Shown piece after piece: positions 20,644 through 31,316 of a stretch of DNA of 32,000 nt. The notes below the pieces were generated by a model, which saw only the letters and a program-made list of their open reading frames with translations, made no database searches and had not been told where the DNA came from. The translations under genes were made by a program, and so were the position numbers. Source of the DNA: Pseudomonas aeruginosa (GTDB lineage: Bacteria > Pseudomonadota > Gammaproteobacteria > Pseudomonadales > Pseudomonadaceae); contig NZ_LN831024.1 of assembly GCF_001457615.1 (NCBI RefSeq), positions 2,580,001 through 2,612,000 of the forward strand. Reading direction: 5' to 3'. The number at the start of each line of letters is the position of its first letter. The stretch's first letter is position 1.

Positions 20644-21186
20644 ATGAGAAGCAAGGCGTCCGGCTTGGCGCTGGTGGTAGTGGCGGGGCTTGTGGCGGGT
20701 TGCGCCAGCAGTGGCTATCAGCCCGAGGTCGACTGGCCGGCCGGCTGGCAGGTGATCACCGAGAGCATCCCACCCGAGGCCAGCGACGTGGAGCAACTGG
20801 GCTCCCGGCAACTGGCGACCAAGCTCGGGCCGGGAGGCGAGAAGGAAGCCAGCATCGAGTTGCTCAGCCTGAAGATGATGGAAGAGGAGTCGGTGGAGAT
20901 CGACGGCCAGTTCCAGAGTGTCTTCGATGTCGTCCAATCGGGCTACCGCAAGGCCGGGCTGGGCTCGCGCTGCACCACACCGATCCGCTCGAACCTCGGC
21001 GGCCTGGCATCGCTGGAGACCCACTGCCGGATCAGCCAGGGCAACGAGGTGCTGCTGACCCAGATCGTGGCGATGGCCCTGGGACAGCGCGCGATGTACT
21101 CCCTGGTATATACCGCCAGTCCGGCCAACAGCGTGGTCTACCGGCAGAGCTACCTGCGCACCCGGGCCAGCCTGGTCCTGCGCTGA
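20644..21186 (+). CDS. Putative lipoprotein, 180 aa
   Basis: Lipobox LALVVVAGLVAGCASSGY, followed by a soluble domain. Confidence 0.8.
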   Translation: MRSKASGLALVVVAGLVAGCASSGYQPEVDWPAGWQVITESIPPEASDVEQLGSRQLATKLGPGGEKEASIELLSLKMMEEESVEIDGQFQSVFDVVQSGYRKAGLGSRCTTPIRSNLGGLASLETHCRISQGNEVLLTQIVAMALGQRAMYSLVYTASPANSVVYRQSYLRTRASLVLR

Positions 21187-21225
21187 AGGGCCAGCCGCTC
21201 GACGCCTGGACGCGACCGGCGTCGC

Positions 21226-21372
21226 TCAGGCTTCCTCGGGCGGCGCCTCGACGCTGAGATAGCGATGGGCGCCGCAACGCCGGCAACGTTGGCGCAGCAT
21301 CAGGTCGGGGCCTACCGTGACCAGGCTACCTTCGTCCCAGCGGCAACCTCGCAAGAAACAACGCAAGCGCAT
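21226..21372 (-). CDS. 48-aa cysteine-motif microprotein (possible zinc-binding), absent from the supplied ORF track
   Basis: Manual translation: MRLRCFLRGCRWDEGSLVTVGPDLMLRQRCRRCGAHRYLSVEAPPEEA*. GGGAGGAG sits just upstream of ATG. Cysteine spacing is CX4C and CX2C. Confidence 0.6.
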   Translation of the reverse strand: MRLRCFLRGCRWDEGSLVTVGPDLMLRQRCRRCGAHRYLSVEAPPEEA

Positions 21373-21508
21373 GACTCCTCCCCGCGGGGCGGCTCGCCCC
21401 GTCCACGAAACAGGCAGTGGTGGTGTGGTTCACTCCGGCTTGTTCTTGTCTGGAGGTGGGAAAAGCCTGCGGCGAAGCGTCTAGAATGGGCAACCTAAAT
21501 TCGCCGGT

Positions 21509-22201
21509 TCATTCCGCGGCGGGATTCATCACCCAACTGGCGGCGGTGACCTGCGGTGCCAGGCACAGCTCGCCGACCATCTGTTCCACCAGCGAGTCCT
21601 CCTTGTGCAGGGTGAACACCACGGCGTTCACTTCCACGTTGCCGCTGCCTTTCAGCGCGTGGCTTTCCAGGCTCTGCAGGTTCAGGCGGTTGTCGCCCAT
21701 GCGTTGCAGCAACTGCATGCGCACCAGCGCTTCGTTGCGCGCCTCGCAGGACACGCTGATCTGGTAGAAGCGCTCCTGCTCGGCCTCGCCCGAGGTGTGG
21801 CGGTCCACCACCCGGCCGAGAGCGGGCAGGAACAGGTTGGCGATGACGATCAGCGCGGTCGTCATGCAGGCCGCCAGGATGAAACCGCTGCCGGCCAGTA
21901 CGCCGATCGCGCCGGTGCTCCAGATGCTCGCCGCAGTGCTCAGGCCGCGTACGCTGAGGCCGTCGCGCATGATCACGCCGGCGCCGAGAAAACCGATGCC
22001 GCTGACTACCTGGGCCGCCATGCGGGTCACGCTGACCTCGTTGTCGAGCAACAGCGGCAGGATCGAGAAGCTGGCCGCACCGAGTGCGACCATCGCGTGG
22101 GTGGCCATGCCGGAAGAGCGCTGTCGCCATTGTCGCTCGAGACCGACCAGCGCACCGAGGCCGAGGGCCGTCACCAGGCCGATGGCGATTTCCGGGGTCA
22201 T
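21509..22201 (-). CDS. MgtC/SapB family membrane protein
   Basis: 230 aa: LGLGALVGLERQWRQRSSGMATHAMVALGAASFSIL... RMAAQVVSGIGFLGAGVIMRDGLSVRGLSTAASIWSTGAIGVLAGSG, the MgtC signature. Confidence 0.9.
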   Translation of the reverse strand: MTPEIAIGLVTALGLGALVGLERQWRQRSSGMATHAMVALGAASFSILPLLLDNEVSVTRMAAQVVSGIGFLGAGVIMRDGLSVRGLSTAASIWSTGAIGVLAGSGFILAACMTTALIVIANLFLPALGRVVDRHTSGEAEQERFYQISVSCEARNEALVRMQLLQRMGDNRLNLQSLESHALKGSGNVEVNAVVFTLHKEDSLVEQMVGELCLAPQVTAASWVMNPAAE

Positions 22202-22296
22202 GCTGTGCTCCTGTGAAAAAACCGCCCATTCTACGCCGTTCCGTTGGGCCGCGCCGGGGCCGACGGCCCTGGGCGGATAAGTCTCTTGCGTTTACC

Positions 22297-22312
22297 TTTA
22301 CGTTAACGTAAA
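22297..22312. promoter_or_regulatory. Perfect 16-bp palindrome, candidate operator
   Basis: TTTACGTTAACGTAAA in the divergent mgtC-like/acyl-CoA ligase intergenic region. Confidence 0.6.
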
Positions 22313-22422
22313 CATGCTCTTCGACTTCACCGACACCGCTCGCCGGTGTCCGTCGTAGCGCCCTGGCGGCGCAGGACGACGGTTCAGCGACATTCCCAGA
22401 ACAACCACAACAAGGGAAAGCC

Positions 22423-24117
22423 ATGAATCAGCCGAGCTATACCTCGGGTCGCCAGGATGTCGCCTTGCTGGCGACCACCGTCGGCGACGCCTTCGATGCC
22501 ACCGTCGCGCGTCATGCCGAGCGCGAGGCGCTGGTGGTGCGGCATCAACGCCTGCGCTACAGCTGGCGGCAACTGGCGGAGCGGGTCGATGCCTACGCCC
22601 GCGCCTTCATCGCCCTGGGCCTGCGCCCCGGCGAGCGCCTGGGGATCTGGGCGCCGAACTGCGCCGAATGGTGCATTACCCAGTTCGCCAGCGCCAAGGT
22701 CGGTGCGGTCCTGGTGAACATCAACCCGGCATACCGCAGCAGCGAGCTGGAATACGCTCTCAAGCAGTCCGGTTGCAGTTGGCTGATCTGCGCCGACGCC
22801 TTCAAGACCAGCGACTACCATGCGATGCTCGGCGACCTGCTGCCGGAGCTGGCGCGGGCGCGTCCGGGCGAACTGGCCAGCGAGCGCCTGCCGGAACTGC
22901 GCGGCGTGATCAGCCTGGCCGAGCGGGCGCCGGCGGGCTTCCTGCACTGGCAGGGCCTGCCGGGGCTGGCCGCCGCGGTAGGCGCCGAGGAACTGCGCCA
23001 GCGCCAGGCCTCGCTGCAGTTCGACGAGCCGATCAACATCCAGTACACCTCCGGTACCACCGGCTTCCCCAAGGGCGCCACCCTCAGCCACTACAACATC
23101 CTCAACAACGGCTACATGGTCGGCGAAAGCCTCGGACTCGGCGCGGAAGACCGCCTGGTGATCCCGGTGCCGCTGTATCACTGCTTCGGCATGGTGATGG
23201 GCAACCTCGGCTGCGTCACCCACGGCTCGACCATGATCTACCCGGCGCCCAGCTTCGACGCCGAGGCGACCCTGCTGGCCGTGGCCGAGGAGCGCGCCAC
23301 CGCGCTGTACGGGGTACCGACCATGTTCATCGCCGAGCTGGATCATCCGCGCCGCCGCGAATTCGACCTGTCCAGCCTGCGCACCGGAATCATGGCCGGC
23401 GCCACCTGCCCGATCGAGGTGATGCGGCGGGTCATTGGCGACATGCACATGGCCGAGGTGCAGATCGCCTACGGCATGACCGAGACCAGTCCGGTGTCGC
23501 TGCAGACCGGTCCGGACGATGGCCTGGAGCTGCGCGTGACCACTGTCGGACGCACCCAGCCGAGGCTGGAGAGCAAGATCGTCGACCAGACGGGCAGGGT
23601 GGTGCCGCGCGGCGAGATCGGCGAGCTGTGCACCCGCGGCTACAGCGTGATGCTCGGCTACTGGAACGACCCCCAGGCCACCGCCGAGGCCATCGACCCG
23701 GCGCGCTGGATGCACACCGGCGACCTGGCGGTGATGGACGACGACGGCTACGTGCGGATCGTCGGGCGCAGCAAGGACATGATCATCCGCGGCGGCGAGA
23801 ACATCTATCCGCGCGAACTGGAGGAGTTCTTCTTCACTCACCCGGCGGTGGCCGACGTGCAGGTGATCGGCATCCCCGACGAGCGCTATGGCGAGGAAAT
23901 CGTCGCCTGGATCAAGCTGCATCCGGGCCACCACGCCGATGACGAACAGTTGCGGGCGTTCTGCAAGGCGCGTATCGCTCACTTCAAGATCCCGCGCCAC
24001 TTCAAGTTCGTCGACGAGTTCCCGATGACCGTTACCGGCAAGATCCAGAAGTTCCGCATGCGCGAGATCAGCATCGAAGAGATTCGCCTACTCGCGCTGC
24101 GCCAGGGGCGCGATTGA
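22423..24117 (+). CDS. AMP-binding acyl-CoA synthetase
   Basis: 564 aa; [53 protein letters not shown]. Confidence 0.94.
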   Translation: MNQPSYTSGRQDVALLATTVGDAFDATVARHAEREALVVRHQRLRYSWRQLAERVDAYARAFIALGLRPGERLGIWAPNCAEWCITQFASAKVGAVLVNINPAYRSSELEYALKQSGCSWLICADAFKTSDYHAMLGDLLPELARARPGELASERLPELRGVISLAERAPAGFLHWQGLPGLAAAVGAEELRQRQASLQFDEPINIQYTSGTTGFPKGATLSHYNILNNGYMVGESLGLGAEDRLVIPVPLYHCFGMVMGNLGCVTHGSTMIYPAPSFDAEATLLAVAEERATALYGVPTMFIAELDHPRRREFDLSSLRTGIMAGATCPIEVMRRVIGDMHMAEVQIAYGMTETSPVSLQTGPDDGLELRVTTVGRTQPRLESKIVDQTGRVVPRGEIGELCTRGYSVMLGYWNDPQATAEAIDPARWMHTGDLAVMDDDGYVRIVGRSKDMIIRGGENIYPRELEEFFFTHPAVADVQVIGIPDERYGEEIVAWIKLHPGHHADDEQLRAFCKARIAHFKIPRHFKFVDEFPMTVTGKIQKFRMREISIEEIRLLALRQGRD

Positions 24118-24185
24118 GAGGATGGAGCCGCGCCCCGCTCCTGCGCTAAGGTGGCGGGCGGCGCGCAGCGAGGCGAGAGGGACGG

Positions 24186-25271
24186 GTGAAGAACGACGGC
24201 GAGACTCAGGCGAGCACCAAGGGCACCATCTCGGTGCGCCTGGTCGGCGAAGCGCTGGTGGAGTGGCGCCGGCAGGGCGGCGAGCAGGGGGAGGTCCTCC
24301 AGGCCGCCGGTATCGATCCGCAGCTGCTCGGCAAACCCTACGCGCGGGTCACCTCGCACGCCTATTCGCGGCTCTGGCTGGATCTCGCTCGGCGCATGGA
24401 CGACGAGTTCTTCGGCATGGACTCGCGGCGCCTGAAGAGTGGCAGCTTCGCTTTCATGAGCCGCTGTGCGATTCACGAGCAGACCCTGGAGCCGGCGCTG
24501 ACCGGCATCCTGCGATTCCTCTGCCTGCAGTTCGACGACTTCCAGCCGCGCCTGCAGCGCCGCGGCGGCCTGGCGGAAATCGTCCTCGACGAGGCGCCGG
24601 GCCGGTACGGGCGAGCGCTGTCCTACTTCACCCTATGGATGATCACCCATGGCCTGGCCTGCTGGCTGGTCGGCCGGCGCATCCCGATCCTGGCCATCGA
24701 CCTGCGCTGTCCGCAGCCGGACTACATCGAGGACTACCGGGTGATGTTCAGCGACAACCTGCGTTTCTCCCGTCCCCTCAGCCGCCTGCTGTTCAATGCC
24801 GACTGCCTGGCCTTGCCGGTCCGCCGCGACAAGCGGGAGCTGCGGCGCTTCCTGCTCGGCGCGCCGGCCAACATCCTGGTCCGCTATCGCGATCCGCAGA
24901 GCCTGGCGGCGCGGATCAAGGCCTACCTGCGCAGCCTGCGGCCGGGACGCTGGCCGGACGCGGACGCGCTCGCCGGGCATTTCTTCATGGCGCCCTCGAC
25001 CCTGCGCCGCAAGCTGTCCCTGGAAGGGCAGAGCTACCAGGCGCTGAAGGACCAGGTCCGCCGCGACCTGGCCATCGCGCGGCTGGACGCCGGCGCGGCG
25101 AATTTCGCCGAACTGGCGCTGGAGCTGGGCTTCGCCGATGGCAGCGCGTTCCACAAGGCGTTCAAGAAGTGGACCGGCTCGACCCCCGGGCAGTACCGGA
25201 CGCAGGTCGCGGCGGAAACCGCGTCGGCCGAGTCGTCAGGCGTCTTGTCCGAAACGCTCGGCCATCGATAG
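24186..25271 (+). CDS. AraC family transcriptional regulator (GTG start)
   Basis: 361 aa. Arabinose-binding-like N-domain; C-terminal HTH APSTLRRKLSLEGQSYQALKDQVRRDLAIARL...AELALELGFADGSAFHKAFKKWTGSTPGQYR. Confidence 0.9.
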   Translation: MKNDGETQASTKGTISVRLVGEALVEWRRQGGEQGEVLQAAGIDPQLLGKPYARVTSHAYSRLWLDLARRMDDEFFGMDSRRLKSGSFAFMSRCAIHEQTLEPALTGILRFLCLQFDDFQPRLQRRGGLAEIVLDEAPGRYGRALSYFTLWMITHGLACWLVGRRIPILAIDLRCPQPDYIEDYRVMFSDNLRFSRPLSRLLFNADCLALPVRRDKRELRRFLLGAPANILVRYRDPQSLAARIKAYLRSLRPGRWPDADALAGHFFMAPSTLRRKLSLEGQSYQALKDQVRRDLAIARLDAGAANFAELALELGFADGSAFHKAFKKWTGSTPGQYRTQVAAETASAESSGVLSETLGHR

Positions 25272-25448
25272 GGTGAATGCCCGCGCAGCGTCATCCGCCG
25301 TATGTCGCGAACGGTTCGGCGGGGCAGGCGGCCAGCACGGATTGTCCAAACCGCTCAGGCAGATTGAAGCCTTTCGACATTGCCCCGCGTCGGCCATGGC
25401 GTGAAGATTCCGGCTACTCCATACAAAAACAAGCCGAGGAGTCCTGCA

Positions 25449-27116
25449 ATGCGCGACTACGCCACCACTGCCGCCGGGTTCGACTTGCAGCGGACCGCCG
25501 CCGCCACGCTTTCCGGTACGCTCCAGGCGCTCAACGCCTGCGTCGAATGCTGCGACCGGCATGCCCTGCCGGGACGGATCGCGTTGTTCTGGGAGGGCAA
25601 GGATGGCAGTCGCGCCAGCTATACCTTCAGCGAGCTGAAAGCGCTCTCCGGACGTTTCGCCAATTTCCTCCAGGCCCAGGGCGTACGCCCGGGCGACTGC
25701 GTCGCCGGCCTGTTGCCGCGCACGCCCGAGCTTCTGGTCACCATCCTCGGCGCCTGGCGCCTGGGCGCGGTGTACCAGCCGCTGTTCACCGCCTTCGGCC
25801 CGAAGGCCATCGAACACCGCGTGGCGACCGCCGGCAGCAAGGTGCTGGTCACCGATGCGGCCAACCGCGACAAGCTCGACGAACTCGCCGATCCGCCTCT
25901 GGCCGTCACCGTCGGCGGACCGAAGGGGCAGGGCATCCGTCGCGGCGATTTCAGCTTCTGGGCCGAGCTGGAGCGCTATCCGGCCGAATTCGAACCGGTT
26001 CCGCGCAGCGGCGAGGATCCGTTCCTGATGATGTTCACCTCCGGCACCACCGGCCTGGCCAAACCGGTGCCGGTGCCGCTCAAGGCGATCCTCGCCTTCG
26101 TCGGCTACCTGCGCGAGGCGGTGGACCTGCGCCCCGAGGACGCCTTCTGGAACCTCGCCGATCCGGGCTGGGCCTACGGCCTCTACTACGCTGTCGCCGG
26201 TCCCCTCGCCATGGGCCATCCGACCACCTTCTACGAAGGGCCGTTCAGCGTGGAAAGCACCTGCCGGATCATCCGTGACTACGGCATCACCAACCTTGCC
26301 GGATCGCCCACCGCCTATCGCCTGCTGATGGCCGCCGGCGCGGCCGCGGAAACTGCGCTGAAGGGGCGCCTGCGCGCGGTCAGCAGCGCCGGCGAGCCGT
26401 TGACCCCGGAGGTGATCCGCTGGTTCGCCGACAGGCTCGGCACCACCATCCACGATCATTACGGGCAGACCGAGCTGGGCATGGTGCTGTGCAACCACCA
26501 TGCCCTGGCGCATCCGGTGCGGGTCGGCGCCGCCGGATTCGCCTGTCCCGGGCACCGGGTAGTAGTGCTGGATGACGATCTCAACGAACTGCCGCCCGGC
26601 CAGCCAGGCATCCTCGCCCTCGACCGGCGGCGTTCGCCGCTGATGTGGTTTCCCGGCTACCAGGGCCTGGAAACCGCAGCCTTCGTCGGCGACTACTACC
26701 TGAGCGGCGATACCGTCGAACTCAACGAAGACGGCAGCATCAGCTTCGTCGGCCGCGCCGACGACGTCATTACCACCTCTGGCTACCGGGTCGGCCCGTT
26801 CGATGTGGAGAGCGCGCTGATCGAACACCCGGCAGTGATGGAGGCGGCGGTGATCGGCAAGCCCGACCCGGAGCGCACCGAACTGGTCAAGGCCTTCGTC
26901 GTGCTCTGCGCCGGCCACCGGCCGACGCCGGAACTGGCGGACGCATTGCAGCGATACGTGCGCCAGCGCCTGTCGGCGCACGCCTACCCGCGGGAGATCG
27001 AGTTCCTCGAGGAACTGCCGAAGACTCCCAGCGGCAAGATCCAGCGCTTTCTCCTGCGCAACCAGGAGATCGCCCGGCAACGCGAGGCGGCCCCACGGGC
27101 GGCCGCCGCGAACTGA
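25449..27116 (+). CDS. AMP-binding acyl-CoA synthetase with atypical nucleotide-binding motif
   Basis: Start [16 protein letters not shown] after GAGGAG (555 aa); [35 protein letters not shown]. Confidence 0.9.
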   Translation: MRDYATTAAGFDLQRTAAATLSGTLQALNACVECCDRHALPGRIALFWEGKDGSRASYTFSELKALSGRFANFLQAQGVRPGDCVAGLLPRTPELLVTILGAWRLGAVYQPLFTAFGPKAIEHRVATAGSKVLVTDAANRDKLDELADPPLAVTVGGPKGQGIRRGDFSFWAELERYPAEFEPVPRSGEDPFLMMFTSGTTGLAKPVPVPLKAILAFVGYLREAVDLRPEDAFWNLADPGWAYGLYYAVAGPLAMGHPTTFYEGPFSVESTCRIIRDYGITNLAGSPTAYRLLMAAGAAAETALKGRLRAVSSAGEPLTPEVIRWFADRLGTTIHDHYGQTELGMVLCNHHALAHPVRVGAAGFACPGHRVVVLDDDLNELPPGQPGILALDRRRSPLMWFPGYQGLETAAFVGDYYLSGDTVELNEDGSISFVGRADDVITTSGYRVGPFDVESALIEHPAVMEAAVIGKPDPERTELVKAFVVLCAGHRPTPELADALQRYVRQRLSAHAYPREIEFLEELPKTPSGKIQRFLLRNQEIARQREAAPRAAAAN

Positions 27117-27135
27117 TTCAGCAGGAGAAAACGAC

Positions 27136-27903
27136 GTGCGTATCGAAAATCGAGTGTTCCTGGTTACCGGCGGCAGCTCCGGCCTCGGCGCCGCCACCGC
27201 GAAGATGCTGGTGGAGCAGGGTGGCAAGGTGGTGCTGGCCGACATCAACGCCGAGGCCGGCGCGGCCAAGGCCGCCGAGCTTGGCGCCCAGGCGCGCTTC
27301 GTCAGGGCCGACATCGCCAGCGAGGCCGACGGCCGCCAGGCCGTGGCCGCTGCACTGGAGGCCTTCGGCGGCCTCCATGGCCTGGCCAATTGCGCGGGCG
27401 TGGCGCCGGCCGAGAAGGTCCTCGGACGCAATGGCATCCATGCCCTGGAGAGTTTCCGCCGGGTCATCGACATCAACCTGGTGGGCAGTTTCAACATGCT
27501 GCGCCTGGCCGCCGAGGCCATGTCCCAGGGCCAGCCGGACGAGGGCGGCGAGCGCGGGGTGATCGTCAATACCGCCTCGGTGGCGGCGTTCGACGGGCAG
27601 ATCGGCCAGGCCGCCTATTCCGCCTCGAAGAGCGGGGTGGTTGGCATGACCCTGCCCATCGCCCGCGAGCTGGCGCGCTTCGGCATCCGAGTGATGACCA
27701 TCGCCCCGGGCATCTTCGAGACACCGATGATGGCCGGCATGCCCCAGGAGGTGCGCGACTCCCTCGGCGCCAGCGTGCCGTTCCCGCCGCGCCTGGGGCG
27801 TCCGGACGAATACGCCGCGCTGGTCCGGCAGATCATCGAGAACAGCATGCTCAACGGCGAAGTGATTCGCCTCGACGGCGCCATCCGCATGGCCGCCCGC
27901 TAA
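27136..27903 (+). CDS. Short-chain dehydrogenase/reductase, 3-hydroxyacyl-CoA dehydrogenase type 2-like
   Basis: 255 aa; [48 protein letters not shown]. Confidence 0.92.
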   Translation: MRIENRVFLVTGGSSGLGAATAKMLVEQGGKVVLADINAEAGAAKAAELGAQARFVRADIASEADGRQAVAAALEAFGGLHGLANCAGVAPAEKVLGRNGIHALESFRRVIDINLVGSFNMLRLAAEAMSQGQPDEGGERGVIVNTASVAAFDGQIGQAAYSASKSGVVGMTLPIARELARFGIRVMTIAPGIFETPMMAGMPQEVRDSLGASVPFPPRLGRPDEYAALVRQIIENSMLNGEVIRLDGAIRMAAR

Positions 27904-27920
27904 TACAGGAGGAAGATCCC

Positions 27921-29111
27921 ATGACCCGCGAAGATCCGATCGTCATCGTCAGCGCCGTCCGCACCCCGATGGGCGGCTTCCTCGGCGACTTCAAGGACGT
28001 CAACGCCGCTACCCTCGGCGCCGCGGCGGTGCGCGCCGCGGTGGAGCGGGCGCGCCTGCAAGCCGACGAAGTGGACGAGGCCGTGCTCGGCTGCGTGCTC
28101 GCCGCCGGCCAGGGCCAGGCGCCGGCGCGCCAGGCGGTGCTTGGCGCCGGGCTGGCGCGCGGCACGCCGTGCTCGACGCTGAACAAGATGTGCGGCTCGG
28201 GCATGAAGGCGCTGATGCTCGCCCACGACACGTTGCTCGCCGGCAGCGCCGGGGTCGCGCTGGCCGGGGGCATGGAAAGCATGTCCAACGCGCCCTACCT
28301 GCTGGAGCGCGCCCGTAGCGGCTACCGCATGGGCCACGGCAAGGTGCTCGACCACATGTTCCTCGACGGCCTCGAAGACGCCTACGACAAGGGCCGCCTG
28401 ATGGGCACCTTCGCCGAGGACTGCGCCGAGGCCTACGGCTTCACCCGCGAAGCACAGGACGAGTTCGCCGTGGCCTCGCTGACCCGCGCGCAGCAAGCCA
28501 TGCGCGACGGACGCTTCCAGGCCGAGATCGTGCCGCTGACGGTCACCGCCGGCAAGACCGAGCGCCTGGTGGATAGCGACGAGCAGCCGCCGAAGGCCCG
28601 GCTGGACAAGATCCCGACCCTGAAGCCGGCGTTCCGCGAAGGCGGCACGGTAACCGCGGCCAACTCCAGTTCGATTTCCGACGGTGCCGCCGCGCTGGTC
28701 CTGATGCGCCTTTCCGAGGCCGAGCGACGCGGGCTCGCGCCGTTGGCGGCGATCCGTGGGCATGCTTCGTTCGCCGACGCGCCGAACCTGTTCCCCACCG
28801 CGCCGGTCGGTGCGGTGAAGCGCCTGATGCAGCGTACCGGCTGGTCGCTGGGCGAGGTCGACCTGTTCGAGGTCAACGAAGCCTTCGCCGTGGTCGGCAT
28901 GGCGGCGATGCGCGACCTCGACCTGTCCCACGAACGCCTCAACGTCCACGGCGGCGCCTGTGCGCTGGGCCACCCGATCGGCGCATCCGGCGCACGGATC
29001 GTCGTGACCCTGCTCAACGCCCTGCAGCAGTACGACCTGGAACGCGGCGTGGCGGCGGTCTGCATCGGCGGCGGCGAGGCGACCGCGATCGCCGTCGAGC
29101 GCTTGCACTGA
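27921..29111 (+). CDS. Acetyl-CoA acetyltransferase (thiolase)
   Basis: Start [26 protein letters not shown] (396 aa) with AGGAGG upstream; [45 protein letters not shown]. Confidence 0.94.
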   Translation: MTREDPIVIVSAVRTPMGGFLGDFKDVNAATLGAAAVRAAVERARLQADEVDEAVLGCVLAAGQGQAPARQAVLGAGLARGTPCSTLNKMCGSGMKALMLAHDTLLAGSAGVALAGGMESMSNAPYLLERARSGYRMGHGKVLDHMFLDGLEDAYDKGRLMGTFAEDCAEAYGFTREAQDEFAVASLTRAQQAMRDGRFQAEIVPLTVTAGKTERLVDSDEQPPKARLDKIPTLKPAFREGGTVTAANSSSISDGAAALVLMRLSEAERRGLAPLAAIRGHASFADAPNLFPTAPVGAVKRLMQRTGWSLGEVDLFEVNEAFAVVGMAAMRDLDLSHERLNVHGGACALGHPIGASGARIVVTLLNALQQYDLERGVAAVCIGGGEATAIAVERLH

Positions 29112-29139
29112 TGCAGGCAGTGAAGAAGAGGAACCCGCG

Positions 29140-30267
29140 ATGATTCCCTGCGAAGAAGAGATCCAGATCCGTGACATGGCGCGGCAGTTCGCCCAGGAAC
29201 GGCTGAAACCGTTCGCCGCCGACTGGGACCGCGAGCACCGTTTCCCGGCCGAGGCGATCCGCGAGATGGCCGACCTCGGCTTCCTCGGCATGCTGGTGCC
29301 CGAGGAATGGGGCGGCGCGCAGACCGGGCACCTGGCCTACGCCATGGCCCTCGAGGAGATCGCCGCTGGCGACGGCGCCTGCTCGACCATCATGAGCGTG
29401 CACAACTCGGTCGGCTGCATGCCGATCCACAAGTTCGGCAGCGCCGAGCAGAAGGAGCGCTTCCTCCGTCCGCTGGCCCAGGGTTCGATGCTCGGCGCCT
29501 TCGCCCTGACCGAGCCGCAGGCCGGTTCCGACGCGAGCTTCCTGAAGACCCGCGCCCGCCGCGACGGTGACCACTACGTGCTGAACGGTGCCAAGCAGTT
29601 CATCACTTCGGGCAGCCACGCGGGGATGGTGATCGTCTTCGCGGTCACCGATCCGGATGCCGGAAAGCGCGGCATCAGCGCGTTCATCGTGCCCACCGAC
29701 ACGCCCGGCTACGAGGTGGTGCGGATCGAGGACAAGCTCGGCCAGCACGCCTCGGACACCTGCCAGCTGGCCTTCAACGACCTGCGTATCCCGGCCACGC
29801 TGCGCCTGGGCGAGGAGGGCGAGGGCTACCGCATCGCCCTGGCCAACCTCGAAGGCGGCCGCATCGGCATCGCCGCCCAGGCGGTCGGCATGGCGCGCGC
29901 GGCGTTCGAGGCGGCGCGCGACTACGCCCATGAGCGGGAAACCTTCGGCAAGCCGATCATCGAGCACCAGGCGGTGGCCTTCCGCCTGGCCGACATGGCC
30001 ACCCGCATCGCCGTGGCGCGGCAGATGGTCCACCACGCCGCCAGCCTGCGCGAAGCCGGCCTGCCGTGCCTGACCGAAGCCTCGATGGCCAAGCTGTTCG
30101 CCTCGGAGATGGCCGAGGAAGTCTGCTCCGCGGCGATCCAGACCCTCGGTGGCTATGGCTACCTCAAGGACTTCCCGGTGGAACGCATCTATCGGGACGT
30201 GCGGGTCTGCCAGATCTACGAGGGCACCAGCGACGTGCAGCGCCTGGTGATCGCGCGCAGCCTGTAG
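29140..30267 (+). CDS. Acyl-CoA dehydrogenase
   Basis: 375 aa; [27 protein letters not shown], terminal [37 protein letters not shown]. Confidence 0.94.
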   Translation: MIPCEEEIQIRDMARQFAQERLKPFAADWDREHRFPAEAIREMADLGFLGMLVPEEWGGAQTGHLAYAMALEEIAAGDGACSTIMSVHNSVGCMPIHKFGSAEQKERFLRPLAQGSMLGAFALTEPQAGSDASFLKTRARRDGDHYVLNGAKQFITSGSHAGMVIVFAVTDPDAGKRGISAFIVPTDTPGYEVVRIEDKLGQHASDTCQLAFNDLRIPATLRLGEEGEGYRIALANLEGGRIGIAAQAVGMARAAFEAARDYAHERETFGKPIIEHQAVAFRLADMATRIAVARQMVHHAASLREAGLPCLTEASMAKLFASEMAEEVCSAAIQTLGGYGYLKDFPVERIYRDVRVCQIYEGTSDVQRLVIARSL

Positions 30268-30294
30268 CGGCGACTATCCGTCGTTTCCGCAACG

Positions 30295-30322
30295 GCGCCT
30301 TCTCCCTTCAGGGAGAGGGCGC
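30295..30322. terminator. Strong hairpin between convergent acyl-CoA dehydrogenase and LysR genes
   Basis: GCGCCTTCTCCCT-TC-AGGGAGAGGGCGC; 13-bp stem with one T-G wobble, no U-tract. Confidence 0.5.
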
Positions 30323-30383
30323 ACTGAGGCACCTCGGAAGCAAATGCCCGAGCCTCGTTCGCCCTACGCCCCTTGGCAGGCGC

Positions 30384-31316
30384 TCACGCCGGCTGCGCCG
30401 CCTTGTTCTCGCGCGCGGTGACCTGCTGGCACAGCTCGATGATCTGTTCGCGCATCCAGCGGTTGGCCGGGTCCTGGTCGGTGCTCTCGTGCCAGTACAG
30501 GTGGGTTTCCAGTTTCGGCACGTCGCTCACCGGCAGCACCGCGTAGTGCAGGTCGTGGTGACGGGCGAAGCGTTCCGGCACGGTCATCGCCATGTCGGTC
30601 TGCTGGACCACCGTGGAGGCCATCAGGTAGTGCTGCGAGCGCAGCGCGATCTTGCGCTGGATGCCCATCTTGCCCAGCGCCAGGTCGATGTAGCCGAGGC
30701 CGCTGCGGCGGCTGGAAATATGGATGTGGGTCAGGCCCAGGTAATCGTCCAGGGCCAGCTTCGGCTTGCCCGCCAGTGGGTGGCCGCGGCGCATGGCGCA
30801 GACGTAGCGGTCCTCCATCAGCTTGACGTGGCGCACCTGGGGATCGGTGTTCAGCGGCGCGTCGACGGCGAAGTCGAGGCGGCCGGCGGCGAGTTCCTTG
30901 GTGGTTTCGCGGCGCTTGGCGAGGAAGCTCTCGATATGCACGTTCGGCGCCAGGCGGCGCAAGCGCTGGAACAGCGGGGGGAGGATGACCGCTTCGGTGA
31001 GGTCGGTCATGCTGATGCGGTAGGTCTTGTTCGCCTGCTGCGGATCGAAGCTGCGGCTCTCCTGCACCGAAACCCGCAGCAACTGCAGCGCGTTGCGCAC
31101 CGGGCCGATGATGTTCTGCGCCATCGGGGTCGGCACCATGCCCTGGGCGGTGCGCACGAACAGCGGGTCGTTGAAGGTCTCGCGCAGGCGGGAAAGGGCG
31201 TTGGATACGGCTGGCTGGGTGATGCCGACGATCTGCCCGGCGCGGGTCAGGTTGGCTTCGGTATAGATCGCATCGAACACGATGAACAGGTTCAGGTCGA
31301 CTTTGTTCAGGTTCAT
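30384..31316 (-). CDS. LysR family transcriptional regulator
   Basis: Start MNLNKVDLNLFIVFDAIYTEANLTRAGQIVGITQPAVSNALSRLRETFNDPLFVR (310 aa). Confidence 0.94.
   Translation of the reverse strand: MNLNKVDLNLFIVFDAIYTEANLTRAGQIVGITQPAVSNALSRLRETFNDPLFVRTAQGMVPTPMAQNIIGPVRNALQLLRVSVQESRSFDPQQANKTYRISMTDLTEAVILPPLFQRLRRLAPNVHIESFLAKRRETTKELAAGRLDFAVDAPLNTDPQVRHVKLMEDRYVCAMRRGHPLAGKPKLALDDYLGLTHIHISSRRSGLGYIDLALGKMGIQRKIALRSQHYLMASTVVQQTDMAMTVPERFARHHDLHYAVLPVSDVPKLETHLYWHESTDQDPANRWMREQIIELCQQVTARENKAAQPA

Noticed and set aside
22384-24000. 538-aa minus-strand ORF
   Set aside because: Antisense to the acyl-CoA synthetase with its diagnostic motifs; GC3 shadow.
25236-27569. 777-aa minus-strand ORF
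   Set aside because: Antisense across acyl-CoA ligase and SDR genes. No family motifs; GC3 shadow.
27900-29291. 463-aa minus-strand ORF and the 27390..29111 long thiolase frame extension
   Set aside because: The minus ORF is a shadow of the thiolase. The + extension overlaps the SDR gene, and the real start with an RBS is at 27921.
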